This document shows, in pieces, positions 47,490-56,745 of a DNA stretch of 61,332 nt (positions within the stretch are counted from its first letter, which is position 1; each line of letters begins with the position of its first letter). Origin of the DNA: a virus (taxonomy: Duplodnaviria; Caudoviricetes); IMG/VR virus record IMGVR_UViG_3300028883_000051, positions 1-61,332 of that record. One strand, 5' to 3'. Under the pieces are notes generated by a model. The model searched no databases. It saw only the letters and a list, made by a program, of their open reading frames with translations, and was not told the DNA's origin. Position numbers and translations under genes: made by a program.

Positions 47490-48090
47490 AATGTTCTCTC
47501 CATATCGGTAATTCTTTACTTACAATATCAAACATCGATTGTACTGTAAAATGAGTTTCATACTGTACATCTTTTTGTAAACGCTGTTCAAACAGATGCA
47601 TCAAATTACGTAAGTTAATTGTGGCTATAAACTGTGTGTAAACACAAACGGGAAGTACCATTCTAGCCGTTTCTTTTTTAATAGAATTTTGCCGTAGTTT
47701 TTCATAAATTTCAAAGGCTTTATCTACAGCATCGGCATAATCAAACGTATCCTGTAAAGAAATAGCTTCTGGTATATAGTATTCCGCATTAGTTACATCG
47801 GTATAACGCATCGATTGCTCACTGCGCGACCATGTGCGGTAGGTATAAAGATGACGTGCTACAAATAGGGGGCATGTGATATGAAAAGTAAACATAATGT
47901 GTTCAAACGGAACAAGATGCTTATGTACGAGTAGATATTTAATTAGCTTACTTGCGTGTTCTGGATTATAATCCGCTAGTAAATCTACATCTACGCCGTA
48001 ACTGAGGCGGGCTGCTTTATAAATAATAGACTCATTATTGCTTACGTTTTCTAGTGTTACGATTGCAGGATGATTATATCCGTTTGCCAT
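47458..48090 (-). CDS. thyX: FAD-dependent thymidylate synthase
   Basis: AARLSY, H..PFEH, S.SEQSMRY, ETARMVLP, NLRNLMH, QYE; RHR motif altered to TYR. Confidence 0.88.
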   Translation of the reverse strand: MANGYNHPAIVTLENVSNNESIIYKAARLSYGVDVDLLADYNPEHASKLIKYLLVHKHLVPFEHIMFTFHITCPLFVARHLYTYRTWSRSEQSMRYTDVTNAEYYIPEAISLQDTFDYADAVDKAFEIYEKLRQNSIKKETARMVLPVCVYTQFIATINLRNLMHLFEQRLQKDVQYETHFTVQSMFDIVSKELPIWREHYGTDHLYLTR

Positions 48091-48091
48091 T

Positions 48092-48811
48092 TTATTTCCT
48101 TTCATACAGATAAATATAATCGGCGTTATAGACGGTATCAAGATACCAGTATTTAGAAGGCTTTGGAATATGACGCAGGTTATACGGTAGCGTTACAAAG
48201 ACGTTGTGCTTTTTACGTGCATACTCTACCCAATCAAAAAATTCATCTATGCCAAAATCCCCATAGCCATCGGGAGGATCAGCGTATACGATACTATCAT
48301 CGGGTACATCTATTACGTCAAGCGTATGCCTGAAATCAGATACCATAAAAGTAAATTCTTTTGTATTGCTGCGCAGTGTGCGTATATCGCGTATCAATCC
48401 TTTATAAGAGCGTATGCCTGTATTCACTTTCTTATCTGTATAAGGGGAGTACGACCCGAACGCCCCTTTTGGTGATATACGTAATTTTGTATAAGCGTTT
48501 CCGAGAAATGCAGCATAATGTGGTTTAAGCATTTCCGGATACGTTCTAATATATTTGTAAACTTCATACGTCATCGTCATCGGCGGAATAAAATCTTCAT
48601 ATATCATTTTTTGCCATAAAGAAATTATACCTATATCCGTATCAGCAAAATATTTAACGGGCATCTTTACAGTAAATTCTACATGACAGCGACCACAGAA
48701 GGGCGATATAAGTACACCGCTTGAATCTGGTACGTATTTATTGAGTAATTTTACTACACCCATTTTATACTTACGTTGTGACTCAGGGTATTGCAATTTT
48801 CTACCTCCCAT
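48092..48811 (-). CDS. Dam/D12-class adenine methyltransferase-like protein, degenerate motifs
   Basis: SPFCG (motif I-like), DFR, IVYADPPD instead of DPPY, FFDWV. Confidence 0.65.
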   Translation of the reverse strand: MGGRKLQYPESQRKYKMGVVKLLNKYVPDSSGVLISPFCGRCHVEFTVKMPVKYFADTDIGIISLWQKMIYEDFIPPMTMTYEVYKYIRTYPEMLKPHYAAFLGNAYTKLRISPKGAFGSYSPYTDKKVNTGIRSYKGLIRDIRTLRSNTKEFTFMVSDFRHTLDVIDVPDDSIVYADPPDGYGDFGIDEFFDWVEYARKKHNVFVTLPYNLRHIPKPSKYWYLDTVYNADYIYLYERK

Positions 48812-48961
48812 TATAACATGCCATGCCCCGGCGCTCTATTAGAAACGTGTTAGATTTTCACCGGGGCACGACAGAGACGGACTTTCTTTTTTATACTATG
48901 ATTCTATAGTATAAAAAAGAAATAAGTCAGGCGAAAAAGAACTACTTTTTTATACTACTTT

Positions 48962-49138
48962 TTACATTAAAAAAAGTACCGGATAACTTAAAAAATTTGT
49001 TTCAGGCATAGAGTTTATCGTATACAACACTACCCAAATTGTAAGTACGATAAACAGGATGGCAAAACAAAAGCCTACGATAACAGCAAGTAAAATCAAT
49101 AACCAATAAGCTACCTTTTTTGTATCAGTTGATGGCAT
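48962..49138 (-). CDS. Small membrane protein (58 aa, below ORF-track cutoff)
   Basis: Translated by hand: MPSTDTKKVAYWLLILLAVIVGFCFAILFIVLTIWVVL... Confidence 0.5.
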   Translation of the reverse strand: MPSTDTKKVAYWLLILLAVIVGFCFAILFIVLTIWVVLYTINSMPETNFLSYPVLFLM

Positions 49139-49469
49139 CTGTAATATTTCCTATTCCTATATTTTTTTGACTCAGATAATTATCAAGATGAAGCGCAATT
49201 AATTCATCATTAGGAAAAATTGTAGTTCCCATTGTAGCGGCTGTGAAGTACGGGTAAGTACACCATACCTCAAGATCAGCGTGTATATTTACCTCTGTAA
49301 GTGTACCGCTTGTAACAACAATAGGTCGATACCACAATTTTTCAAAGCGTTTTGTATACAGATAACAAAAATCATCGGTATCTATTTCTTGATCAACTGC
49401 TAAAAAATGCGCTTCCTTTGGGGACGTAAAGATAACTTTTGAATGTATAAAGAAGGTTTTCATGCCCAA
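49125..49469 (-). CDS. Hypothetical protein
   Basis: Overlaps primase stop; likely start MKTFF. Confidence 0.65.
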   Translation of the reverse strand: MGMKTFFIHSKVIFTSPKEAHFLAVDQEIDTDDFCYLYTKRFEKLWYRPIVVTSGTLTEVNIHADLEVWCTYPYFTAATMGTTIFPNDELIALHLDNYLSQKNIGIGNITDAIN

Positions 49470-51445
49470 TACACTGTAGGCGGTCTACCCGCCGTACTTT
49501 CACCCTTTCCTTTTTGTAGTTTATTATCGGTAAGTAATGGCTTAACGGCAGCACGTACCTGTGCTTCTGTTAGCTGTGTTTCATCGGCTAATTCCGTAAT
49601 TGTTAGACGCTTTCCTGTCTTAGTAAGGTAAGAAAATATCGTTTCTGTATTAAATTCTTTCTGTTTTTGCGGTGTTAGCTTAGATTTAAAGCCGTCAATT
49701 TTAGCACGAAAGCTAATGTTATCTATTTTGATAATCATTTCGCCTGAAATTCCAGCAATTTCACGGCCTTCTATTGCAGCGAGTACAGCTATTTCATCGG
49801 GATCATCCTTTTCAAAATCCGCTTGCCTTATGCCGATGAAACTATCGATAAACGCACCTGTAGCACTTGCGCCACGTAATGAAGCAATAGATAGCTTCTT
49901 ACCTTTTTCTGCTTTAGGGATGTGATGAATATACAGATGTGCCGCCTGTGGAAAACGGGCAATAAGTTCTTCACTGATAGTTGCCCATACTTTACCCATA
50001 GCGGTGTTATCGTTTTCATCGGCATTGTGCAAAGATTTAAACGGATCGAATACGATAATATCCGGAATAAAATCCTCAATTGTTTCTTGTAACTTCTTAA
50101 GGCTATGTTCACTATCTACACGTACATTCTGCTTATGTATCCACCGAATATTCTCCCAACCTTCAGAAGTACCATTAAAGTTACGCTTAATCCTGCGTGC
50201 AAAAAGTACCGGATTACCTTCTTCTTCTACAAAGAGCACCTTCTTAGGCGCTGTCGGTGTCCACGCCTCATTACCCCACACGGGCTTACCCTGTGCTATT
50301 GCCCGCATCATATCGATAGTGAGAATAGTCTTATAACTTTTTGGTGCTCCACCAATCATAACAACTTCACTGGCAGCGATAAACCCCGGAATAATCCAAT
50401 TGATTTCATTATCTGCCATACTAATAAAATCTTCCGTCGTCATAACAAATGGACGTGGTTTTACAAACGGCGGTAGTAATTCTACAAATTCTTTTTCACT
50501 ATGCTGGCTTATCCAATCAGAAATATCTTTACCTATATCTGTGAAAGACCATGACAATTCTATAATTTTAGTACGGTCATGGCCTAATACGTGCCTCACC
50601 TGATTTATCATAGATTCTGAGGCTTCATCCGCTTGCGGAATTATATAGATTTGTTGGATATGCTGGAAAAATCTTTTCCATTCCTTCTTAAAGTTATTCG
50701 CACCGGGAACGCCGATAACGGCTACCCCGTCTAATTTGTTATGTGTTTTAAGCGCCTGATACGTACAAAGCGTATCAGTTTCACCTTCACACACAATAGC
50801 ATAAGTAGCTTTCTTTAGGAATTGCAACCCGAATGGTACGAGTTTACTTTGTTTTGGCGCACCTTTTCTACCGTCAATAGTACGTCCTTTTATTGTTGCA
50901 ATTTCTCCATCAAAGTAATACGGAAAGATAAGACATTCTTCTTGCCCTGTCTCTTTATCTTCCGCCAGATAACCAATTTCCCAATCCTGTAGAGTATTAA
51001 ACGATAAACCTCTACTCTCCATATATGCTTCTGTAATACTCTGGTGTAATTCAATTTCAGCGGCAGCTTTCCTTACGATAGGCGTAAGCCCGACCATAGG
51101 TGCTTGTAAGGCTTTACCTACATCTAAGTGATATTTCCCCTGTGCCACTTTACCCATTGTCTCTTTATACGCTGATAACTTAGCGCGGGCTTTAGGGATT
51201 TCTTCTCCGATAATATCAACAAGGAAGCGGTAAGGCGTAAACGTACCACATACACTACAAAAGTATACACCTGTTTTTAAATCTATAAACGCAGAAGGGT
51301 TTGTATCGTCATGATGAATACATTTAAGTTTAACTTTGTGCCCTTCTTCTGGTTTTTCTAATTCATCAATATACTCATGATAAAACGCAAACCAGCTATC
51401 ATTACTTGGGGGATTAAAATCTACATTTAGTGGAGAAAATTCCAT
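49460..51445 (-). CDS. Primase-helicase (Zn finger + Toprim + RecA/AAA helicase + HTH)
   Basis: CIHHDDTNPS...CSVC; CEGETD; GAPKSYKT; IVFDP; HH..K...LRGAS. Confidence 0.92.
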   Translation of the reverse strand: MEFSPLNVDFNPPSNDSWFAFYHEYIDELEKPEEGHKVKLKCIHHDDTNPSAFIDLKTGVYFCSVCGTFTPYRFLVDIIGEEIPKARAKLSAYKETMGKVAQGKYHLDVGKALQAPMVGLTPIVRKAAAEIELHQSITEAYMESRGLSFNTLQDWEIGYLAEDKETGQEECLIFPYYFDGEIATIKGRTIDGRKGAPKQSKLVPFGLQFLKKATYAIVCEGETDTLCTYQALKTHNKLDGVAVIGVPGANNFKKEWKRFFQHIQQIYIIPQADEASESMINQVRHVLGHDRTKIIELSWSFTDIGKDISDWISQHSEKEFVELLPPFVKPRPFVMTTEDFISMADNEINWIIPGFIAASEVVMIGGAPKSYKTILTIDMMRAIAQGKPVWGNEAWTPTAPKKVLFVEEEGNPVLFARRIKRNFNGTSEGWENIRWIHKQNVRVDSEHSLKKLQETIEDFIPDIIVFDPFKSLHNADENDNTAMGKVWATISEELIARFPQAAHLYIHHIPKAEKGKKLSIASLRGASATGAFIDSFIGIRQADFEKDDPDEIAVLAAIEGREIAGISGEMIIKIDNISFRAKIDGFKSKLTPQKQKEFNTETIFSYLTKTGKRLTITELADETQLTEAQVRAAVKPLLTDNKLQKGKGESTAGRPPTVYWA

Positions 51446-51518
51446 AATTTTACCTTTCTAACGATTTTCTAATACTTTTTGCGATACTTTTTTATATAAA
51501 AAAGTCTATTAAAAAGTA

Positions 51519-51554
51519 AGTATAACATAAGGCTGACGCTTTGTCAACCTTATG
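51519..51554 (-). promoter_or_regulatory. sigma70 promoter for primase, -35 within a hairpin
   Basis: TTGACA(51547-51542)-17-TATACT with TG; CATAAGG/CCTTATG inverted repeat. Confidence 0.8.
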
Positions 51555-51561
51555 CCTTAAC

Positions 51562-52050
51562 TTAATCTTTATTTATGATATTATGCGCGATAAAATCAAC
51601 AGCACGTGTTGTATTCGGATGTGGCAACAGAAGTAAAGTAAAGGTAACAAGCTCAATGCCGACGATAAGAAAAATACTTACAATTACTTTTTCCGCTGGA
51701 AGTAGTTTTACACAGGCGGTGACAACGAGAATGATGTGGATAATCATTACTACTCCTGCGACCTGTCCGTCCGCTGCATGATACATGATAAACGTACTGA
51801 GGATCAATGCCGCAAATAATCCGGTACTAAAACTAGAAAACAACAGAGAAAACAGTATTGTAAACAGGAAGTACCCGATGACATTTGTCGCCCAATACCC
51901 TGTTTTATATCCGGTAACGATTTCCTGTAGTTCCTCAATCGATTTTTTTGACACTTGTATCACTCCAATACTCTGTGTATGCTTTATAATGGTTGTGGCG
52001 TTCTCCTTTTCTCCATAGGAAAACGCTGTATTCGGTTGGATAACTTCCAC
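51562..52050 (-). CDS. Multi-pass membrane protein (true start probably later)
   Basis: Four hydrophobic segments; track start overlaps the MTase by over 100 nt. Confidence 0.65.
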   Translation of the reverse strand: MEVIQPNTAFSYGEKENATTIIKHTQSIGVIQVSKKSIEELQEIVTGYKTGYWATNVIGYFLFTILFSLLFSSFSTGLFAALILSTFIMYHAADGQVAGVVMIIHIILVVTACVKLLPAEKVIVSIFLIVGIELVTFTLLLLPHPNTTRAVDFIAHNIINKD

Positions 52051-52657
52051 CTTTCCCTGTTTCCGTATAAAAGTTTATACGGTTTGCCAGATTAATCACG
52101 GCATACGGGCTTTGTTTTTCCTGTGAAAAAAACTTTCTATAGCGGTCTATGCCGTGACTGAAACGGCTATCGAGTAGTAAGACCATTGTGCCTTTATCAG
52201 CCAGAAGATGCCTGAAAGCATATTGTACTATTTCAGCGGTACTAGGATTACCATTCCGTTTACGCTGATAGGGCGGGTTTCCCATAACAAACGTGTACTG
52301 GTCATACGGCTTTAAACGAACATCCATGATATTTTGTTTATATATCTTATCATATAGATCATGGTAATTAGGCATTTGCATATACCTGCCCATGTTGTAT
52401 TCAATGCCGTGTATGTACCGTTTTTGCTTTATCTTAGAAATAGGTACAGCCCAATGACCTGTGCCTACTCCCAAGTCTAAAGTACGGCATAAGCCAGTAC
52501 AAAGATGTGTACACCTATAATCTTTATTTGTTTGTAAGCGCCAGAACAACCAGTTCAAAAACGGCAATGGTGTAGGGTAGAAATTATCTTTATCTGGTTG
52601 TCCGTCAACATTATTAAGGTCTACCATTGTACGGCCTAATACCTTTTTATCGGTCAT
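51935..52657 (-). CDS. Amino (N6-adenine) DNA methyltransferase
   Basis: DNFYPTP, LDLGVGTG, MGNPPY, RINF...YSVFLW. Confidence 0.85.
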   Translation of the reverse strand: MTDKKVLGRTMVDLNNVDGQPDKDNFYPTPLPFLNWLFWRLQTNKDYRCTHLCTGLCRTLDLGVGTGHWAVPISKIKQKRYIHGIEYNMGRYMQMPNYHDLYDKIYKQNIMDVRLKPYDQYTFVMGNPPYQRKRNGNPSTAEIVQYAFRHLLADKGTMVLLLDSRFSHGIDRYRKFFSQEKQSPYAVINLANRINFYTETGKGGSYPTEYSVFLWRKGERHNHYKAYTEYWSDTSVKKID

Positions 52658-53024
52658 GCAAAGACTTCTTCATAATTGCCAGCATACTTTCGTGACTGGT
52701 GAATTTGTACCATCCGTTGATATTATCAAACATACAATATTCTAGCTTATAACCGTGATCCGTCGGCAATACATCGATTTGAAACTTCCAACCATCAATC
52801 AACAAGGTATAAATAACTACCTCATGATTTACCTGCTTCTCAATAATGTAAATAGTTCCTTCTTTAAAACGTGACGGTTGAGTCGTCAAAGCATTTACAA
52901 TCGTATAATCCTCTAGGTTAAAACGCTTTTGGAATTTTTCTACTACAAATTCAGGTGACTTAAAATAAACCTTATCAGGGCGCTGCCTCTTTGTCATACG
53001 GTTATACAGCAATTCGAGATTCAT
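52647..53024 (-). CDS. Hypothetical protein
   Basis: AAGGA RBS, operon packing. Confidence 0.7.
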   Translation of the reverse strand: MNLELLYNRMTKRQRPDKVYFKSPEFVVEKFQKRFNLEDYTIVNALTTQPSRFKEGTIYIIEKQVNHEVVIYTLLIDGWKFQIDVLPTDHGYKLEYCMFDNINGWYKFTSHESMLAIMKKSLHDR

Positions 53025-53035
53025 CAGTTATCCTT

Positions 53036-54823
53036 TCAGATTGAACAAACACTATATCCACACGAGTAACATTTTTTACAACCATCTTCAAAGATTAAGC
53101 CATTACCACAAATAGGACATGCTTCCTTCTTTTCTAATACCTGTTCGTTACGGCTCTTATCACGATATACCGTAGCTCCTTTCACCTGCTTTGACCATAG
53201 CTCAAAATAAACTTTACTGACATCCTGAATAGTTGCTTCAGCGGGTAAGTTAATCGTCTTGGATACGGCGCTGTCAATATAATACGCTACCGTAGCCAGC
53301 ATAGCAATATGATCATCTACAGAAATATCATCCATAGCAGATACCATAGCTTTTTTACGGCCTTCTGTAGGATACTCATTTACAAAATCTACGATTTCAG
53401 GTGTGATCGTATACGTACCGATACGGCTGTTTCGCTGATACGAATACATAAAGTGCGGCTCAATACCTGTAGATACGTTATACATAGTTCCTACCGTACC
53501 CGTTGGCGCAATAGATAGAACAGTAGCATTACGTAAGCCGAATTGCTTAATCATAGCAATAGTAGATGAATCAAGTTTATCCATAAAAGCGCCGTCAAGA
53601 TGTAGCTCGCTGTAATTGGGAAACGTACCATATTCCTGTGCAAGTCTTGCACTTTCCATATATGCGATATTCATGATGTTATCAAACAACGTGGCAGTAA
53701 ATACGACGGCTTCAGGACTACCGTATACGAGTGCATTTTTAATCAGTAAATCATGTAAACCGAGTACGCCTAAGCCAATACGCCTATCTTTCTTTTGCCG
53801 ATCATCTACTTCTGGTAATACGGAATCTGCTCTATCAATAATAGCGTCTAAGAAACGGACACCTTCTCTTACCGTTGTTTCCAGCAATTCCCAATTTACA
53901 CCTTCATAACTATCATACATTTCTGATAGGTTAATATGCCCTAAATTGCAGACACCATAAGCAGGAAGCGGTTGTTCACCACAAGGATTAGTCGAAAGCA
54001 AGTGGCCTTTATACCACACAGGGTTGTAATAATTTGCTGTATCCCAAAACAGAACGCCCGGTTCTCCACTTTCCCATGCCGATGTAACGATAATTTTCCA
54101 TAAATCACGTGCTTTTACCGTCTTATAATCAATAACGGGAAAGCCTTTACGTTTCCATATATCAAGATCACCATTCCACTCTGTATCATAAAGATAATGT
54201 GACGTATCAGGAAAACTTAGCGTCCAATCATGGTTATATTTTACGGCTTCCATAAAAGCATCGGTTATAAGTACGGAAAGATTAGCGTTTGTAAAGACGC
54301 TGTTATTCTTTTTCACGGTGATAAATTCAATAATATCAGGATGCCATATACCCATTGTAAGCATAAGAGCGCCCCGTCGTGTACCGCCCTGCATTATAAG
54401 ACCTGTAACGTTACTGTACAACTCCGCCCATGATACCGCGCCGCTGGACTTACCGACAACCTTTTTAATTTCAGCGTCTTTAGGACGTAAAATAGATATG
54501 TTAATACCGACACCGCCGCCATGAGCCATAATCTCTGTCTGGTCGGCTAAGGCTTTCATGATACCTTTTCTGCTATCTTCTTTAATAGGTATAACAAAAC
54601 AATTATACGGTGTATTAGATTTAGTTCCTTCTGTTACCTGTGCTGTTCGCCATATTCGCCCGGCGGGTACAAATAACTTTTCTTCCAATAACCACATAAT
54701 TGTATCCCATGCTTCATTATCTCGTGGATATACATAATCAGCTATTTGCATCATAGCTTCTTTAACTGTATGCCCGTTTGCATAACGATCTTCAAATATC
54801 TCTTTTCCTACGGTATTAAACAT
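53036..54823 (-). CDS. nrdJ: Class II (B12-dependent) ribonucleotide reductase
   Basis: PAGRI, NCFV, QGGTRRGA, TNPCGEQPL, CNLG, IAPTGT, VYRD.SR, C-terminal Cys cluster; no small-subunit gene present. Confidence 0.92.
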   Translation of the reverse strand: MFNTVGKEIFEDRYANGHTVKEAMMQIADYVYPRDNEAWDTIMWLLEEKLFVPAGRIWRTAQVTEGTKSNTPYNCFVIPIKEDSRKGIMKALADQTEIMAHGGGVGINISILRPKDAEIKKVVGKSSGAVSWAELYSNVTGLIMQGGTRRGALMLTMGIWHPDIIEFITVKKNNSVFTNANLSVLITDAFMEAVKYNHDWTLSFPDTSHYLYDTEWNGDLDIWKRKGFPVIDYKTVKARDLWKIIVTSAWESGEPGVLFWDTANYYNPVWYKGHLLSTNPCGEQPLPAYGVCNLGHINLSEMYDSYEGVNWELLETTVREGVRFLDAIIDRADSVLPEVDDRQKKDRRIGLGVLGLHDLLIKNALVYGSPEAVVFTATLFDNIMNIAYMESARLAQEYGTFPNYSELHLDGAFMDKLDSSTIAMIKQFGLRNATVLSIAPTGTVGTMYNVSTGIEPHFMYSYQRNSRIGTYTITPEIVDFVNEYPTEGRKKAMVSAMDDISVDDHIAMLATVAYYIDSAVSKTINLPAEATIQDVSKVYFELWSKQVKGATVYRDKSRNEQVLEKKEACPICGNGLIFEDGCKKCYSCGYSVCSI

Positions 54824-54844
54824 ATAAGCTCCTTTATGATAGAT

Positions 54845-54881
54845 AAAAAGAGACAGGGAAAATTTGATAAATTCCCTGTCT
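54845..54881 (-). terminator. Terminator-like hairpin just upstream of nrdJ
   Basis: AGACAGGGAA/TTCCCTGTCT 10-bp stem followed by CTTTTT on minus strand. Confidence 0.65.
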
Positions 54882-54895
54882 AATTGTACTGTATT

Positions 54896-55072
54896 AAAAA
54901 AATTACAGGTGGAAAAACTTTAGTGAGGACAAAAGAGATAAACCAATATTCTTACTCTATTTAAGGGTAGGTAAGGTTTATCTGAGTTCCTTACTGATTT
55001 TATATATTTAAGTGACAAAATAACAAAACAAGGCTAATCCAATATTAGGTAACGTTTTGTAGAGTTCACTGT
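54896..55072 (-). ncRNA. Ro60-associated structured RNA(s), candidate Y-RNA-like
   Basis: Own promoter, no ORF, two tandem stem-loops sharing GAACTC, TTACCTA, AATATTGG and TTTTGTC; 5'/3' ends can pair; ends in U7. Confidence 0.7.
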
Positions 55073-55076
55073 AAAT

Positions 55077-55105
55077 AGGATACCACAAAAAAAGTTACTT
55101 GTCAA
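55077..55105 (-). promoter_or_regulatory. sigma70 promoter directly after the Ro60 stop
   Basis: TTGACA(55105-55100)-17-TATCCT(55082-55077) with TG extension. Confidence 0.8.
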
Positions 55106-55115
55106 CATCCCTGTA

Positions 55116-56684
55116 TTAGAAATTCAATAGAATTGTTTCCAGTACAACCGGATCGTCAATGCCGGGCAAAACAAATACTGCCGGATCACGTATATCCGCT
55201 AGATTATATTCATTCGGGGCCATAGCCATGATAATCAGTTTAGCGTCAGGATTGATCATCTGACGATACGTATCAAATAACTGCATAACATGGTGTCCGG
55301 TATTGACTTCACTATCGGTAAACACAACAAAAGCATCGTAATACGTATTATATTCTATTGCTTTTTCAAACAGTAAACCCGGATTAGTTGCCCCGTGTAA
55401 CTGATTCTGTAAATACGTAGCAAAGTTATAATAGGAAAAATTATATACATCTTCTTCTACAGGCATAAGATAATGGGAAAACATATAAGCCGTTGTTTTC
55501 TCTTTTTCAAGCAATAACTTTCCGATAAAGGCTTCCATCTCATAACAGGTAAGTGGGCCATTATTCCATCCCATAGATGCGCTAATATCAAAGCCTACGC
55601 ATAGCCGCTTTCCTGTTGGCTTATAATGCTGCTGGCTTATACCGACAGCTTCATTTAATGCCCTGACAATTTTAGGATACACGTGCCATGTACTATGCCT
55701 GCCTTTTGCACTCTTATATACCATAAGTGCTTTAAAGATATGATAAGGGTGCATGTGTACATTTTTAATTCTTTTGGTATTCGTAATATGATCAATCATT
55801 ATTTCTAGAAAATCTTTATTCTCAAAACAGCCTACACGTGACATTGTAGATAAATTACGGATAAGAGCACCATAAGGCATACTGTGCGCAAGCGTCATCC
55901 ATACACGCGGATACTTCTTCTGTTCCGGTGTAAGCATATCGTGCGTAACGGTAAAATCAAATACATTATACAGAGTATCAATTAAATCTATAAGTTCTGC
56001 TTCTGTTAGACTTGCATCTTTAAGTGCAAAGATATGTTCAAGTAAATCATTATTGCCTGTATCGGTGTACATATGATACCGTACAATATCTTGGTGTTCA
56101 TCTTTAAGTTTTGGATGATATGTTGTAAACACAAGTTTATGGCTTACATCATTTCGTTCCGGGTATTTTACCATTTGATATGTAAGCTGCGCTGTAGAAC
56201 GAGTATTGTACCAATCTGCTACGGCACGTTTTACTGCCTGTCCTGTGCCTCTTATTTGCTTAAGATAAAAAATAAACATTAAGAAATGTGACGCAGTACG
56301 AATTTCCGGAATATAAGCAATAGCTTCTTTCCGAATATCAGGAATAGAACTATTACATGCTACGGCAAGAGCAAACAGCGTATAGTCCGGCTTAATAAAA
56401 ATACTATGTTTATAGGCGTTCTTAATCATAAACAGAAACAAAGATGCTTGTTCCTTATGATTAAGACCACCTTCTGTTAGGCGTATAAATCGTGAAGCCT
56501 GCCGGGCTTCTAGGCTATAATACGTAGATACAGCACCTAGTACCAGATATTTCTTGAACGTCAGCAATTCGCTCTCTGGAAATACATAGGCACCTTCTGC
56601 GTTCAGTACCATATTTTCTTTGTAGGGTTGGTATACTGAATCGTCATTACTATAACGCTTGCGGACAATATCTTTAAACATCAT
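55116..56684 (-). CDS. Ro60/Rsr-like TROVE + vWA RNA-binding protein
   Basis: N.EGAYVF, L.YQMVKY..R, MPYGALIRNL..M, HPY, MIDAS DISASM, FVVFTDSE, YRQ.INPDAKLI. Confidence 0.93.
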   Translation of the reverse strand: MMFKDIVRKRYSNDDSVYQPYKENMVLNAEGAYVFPESELLTFKKYLVLGAVSTYYSLEARQASRFIRLTEGGLNHKEQASLFLFMIKNAYKHSIFIKPDYTLFALAVACNSSIPDIRKEAIAYIPEIRTASHFLMFIFYLKQIRGTGQAVKRAVADWYNTRSTAQLTYQMVKYPERNDVSHKLVFTTYHPKLKDEHQDIVRYHMYTDTGNNDLLEHIFALKDASLTEAELIDLIDTLYNVFDFTVTHDMLTPEQKKYPRVWMTLAHSMPYGALIRNLSTMSRVGCFENKDFLEIMIDHITNTKRIKNVHMHPYHIFKALMVYKSAKGRHSTWHVYPKIVRALNEAVGISQQHYKPTGKRLCVGFDISASMGWNNGPLTCYEMEAFIGKLLLEKEKTTAYMFSHYLMPVEEDVYNFSYYNFATYLQNQLHGATNPGLLFEKAIEYNTYYDAFVVFTDSEVNTGHHVMQLFDTYRQMINPDAKLIIMAMAPNEYNLADIRDPAVFVLPGIDDPVVLETILLNF

Positions 56685-56716
56685 ATGTTCCTTTCGTCAC
56701 ACTATAGAGTAAATAA

Positions 56717-56745
56717 AATATAACATAATACATAACTTTTGTCAA
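56717..56745 (-). promoter_or_regulatory. sigma70 promoter for Ro60
   Basis: TTGACA-17-TATATT with TG extension. Confidence 0.7.

Noticed and set aside
54845-55072. Cobalamin riboswitch upstream of nrdJ
   Set aside because: Context fits, but the B12-box and GCCACTG/CCCGC core motifs are not visible; an Rfam scan would settle it
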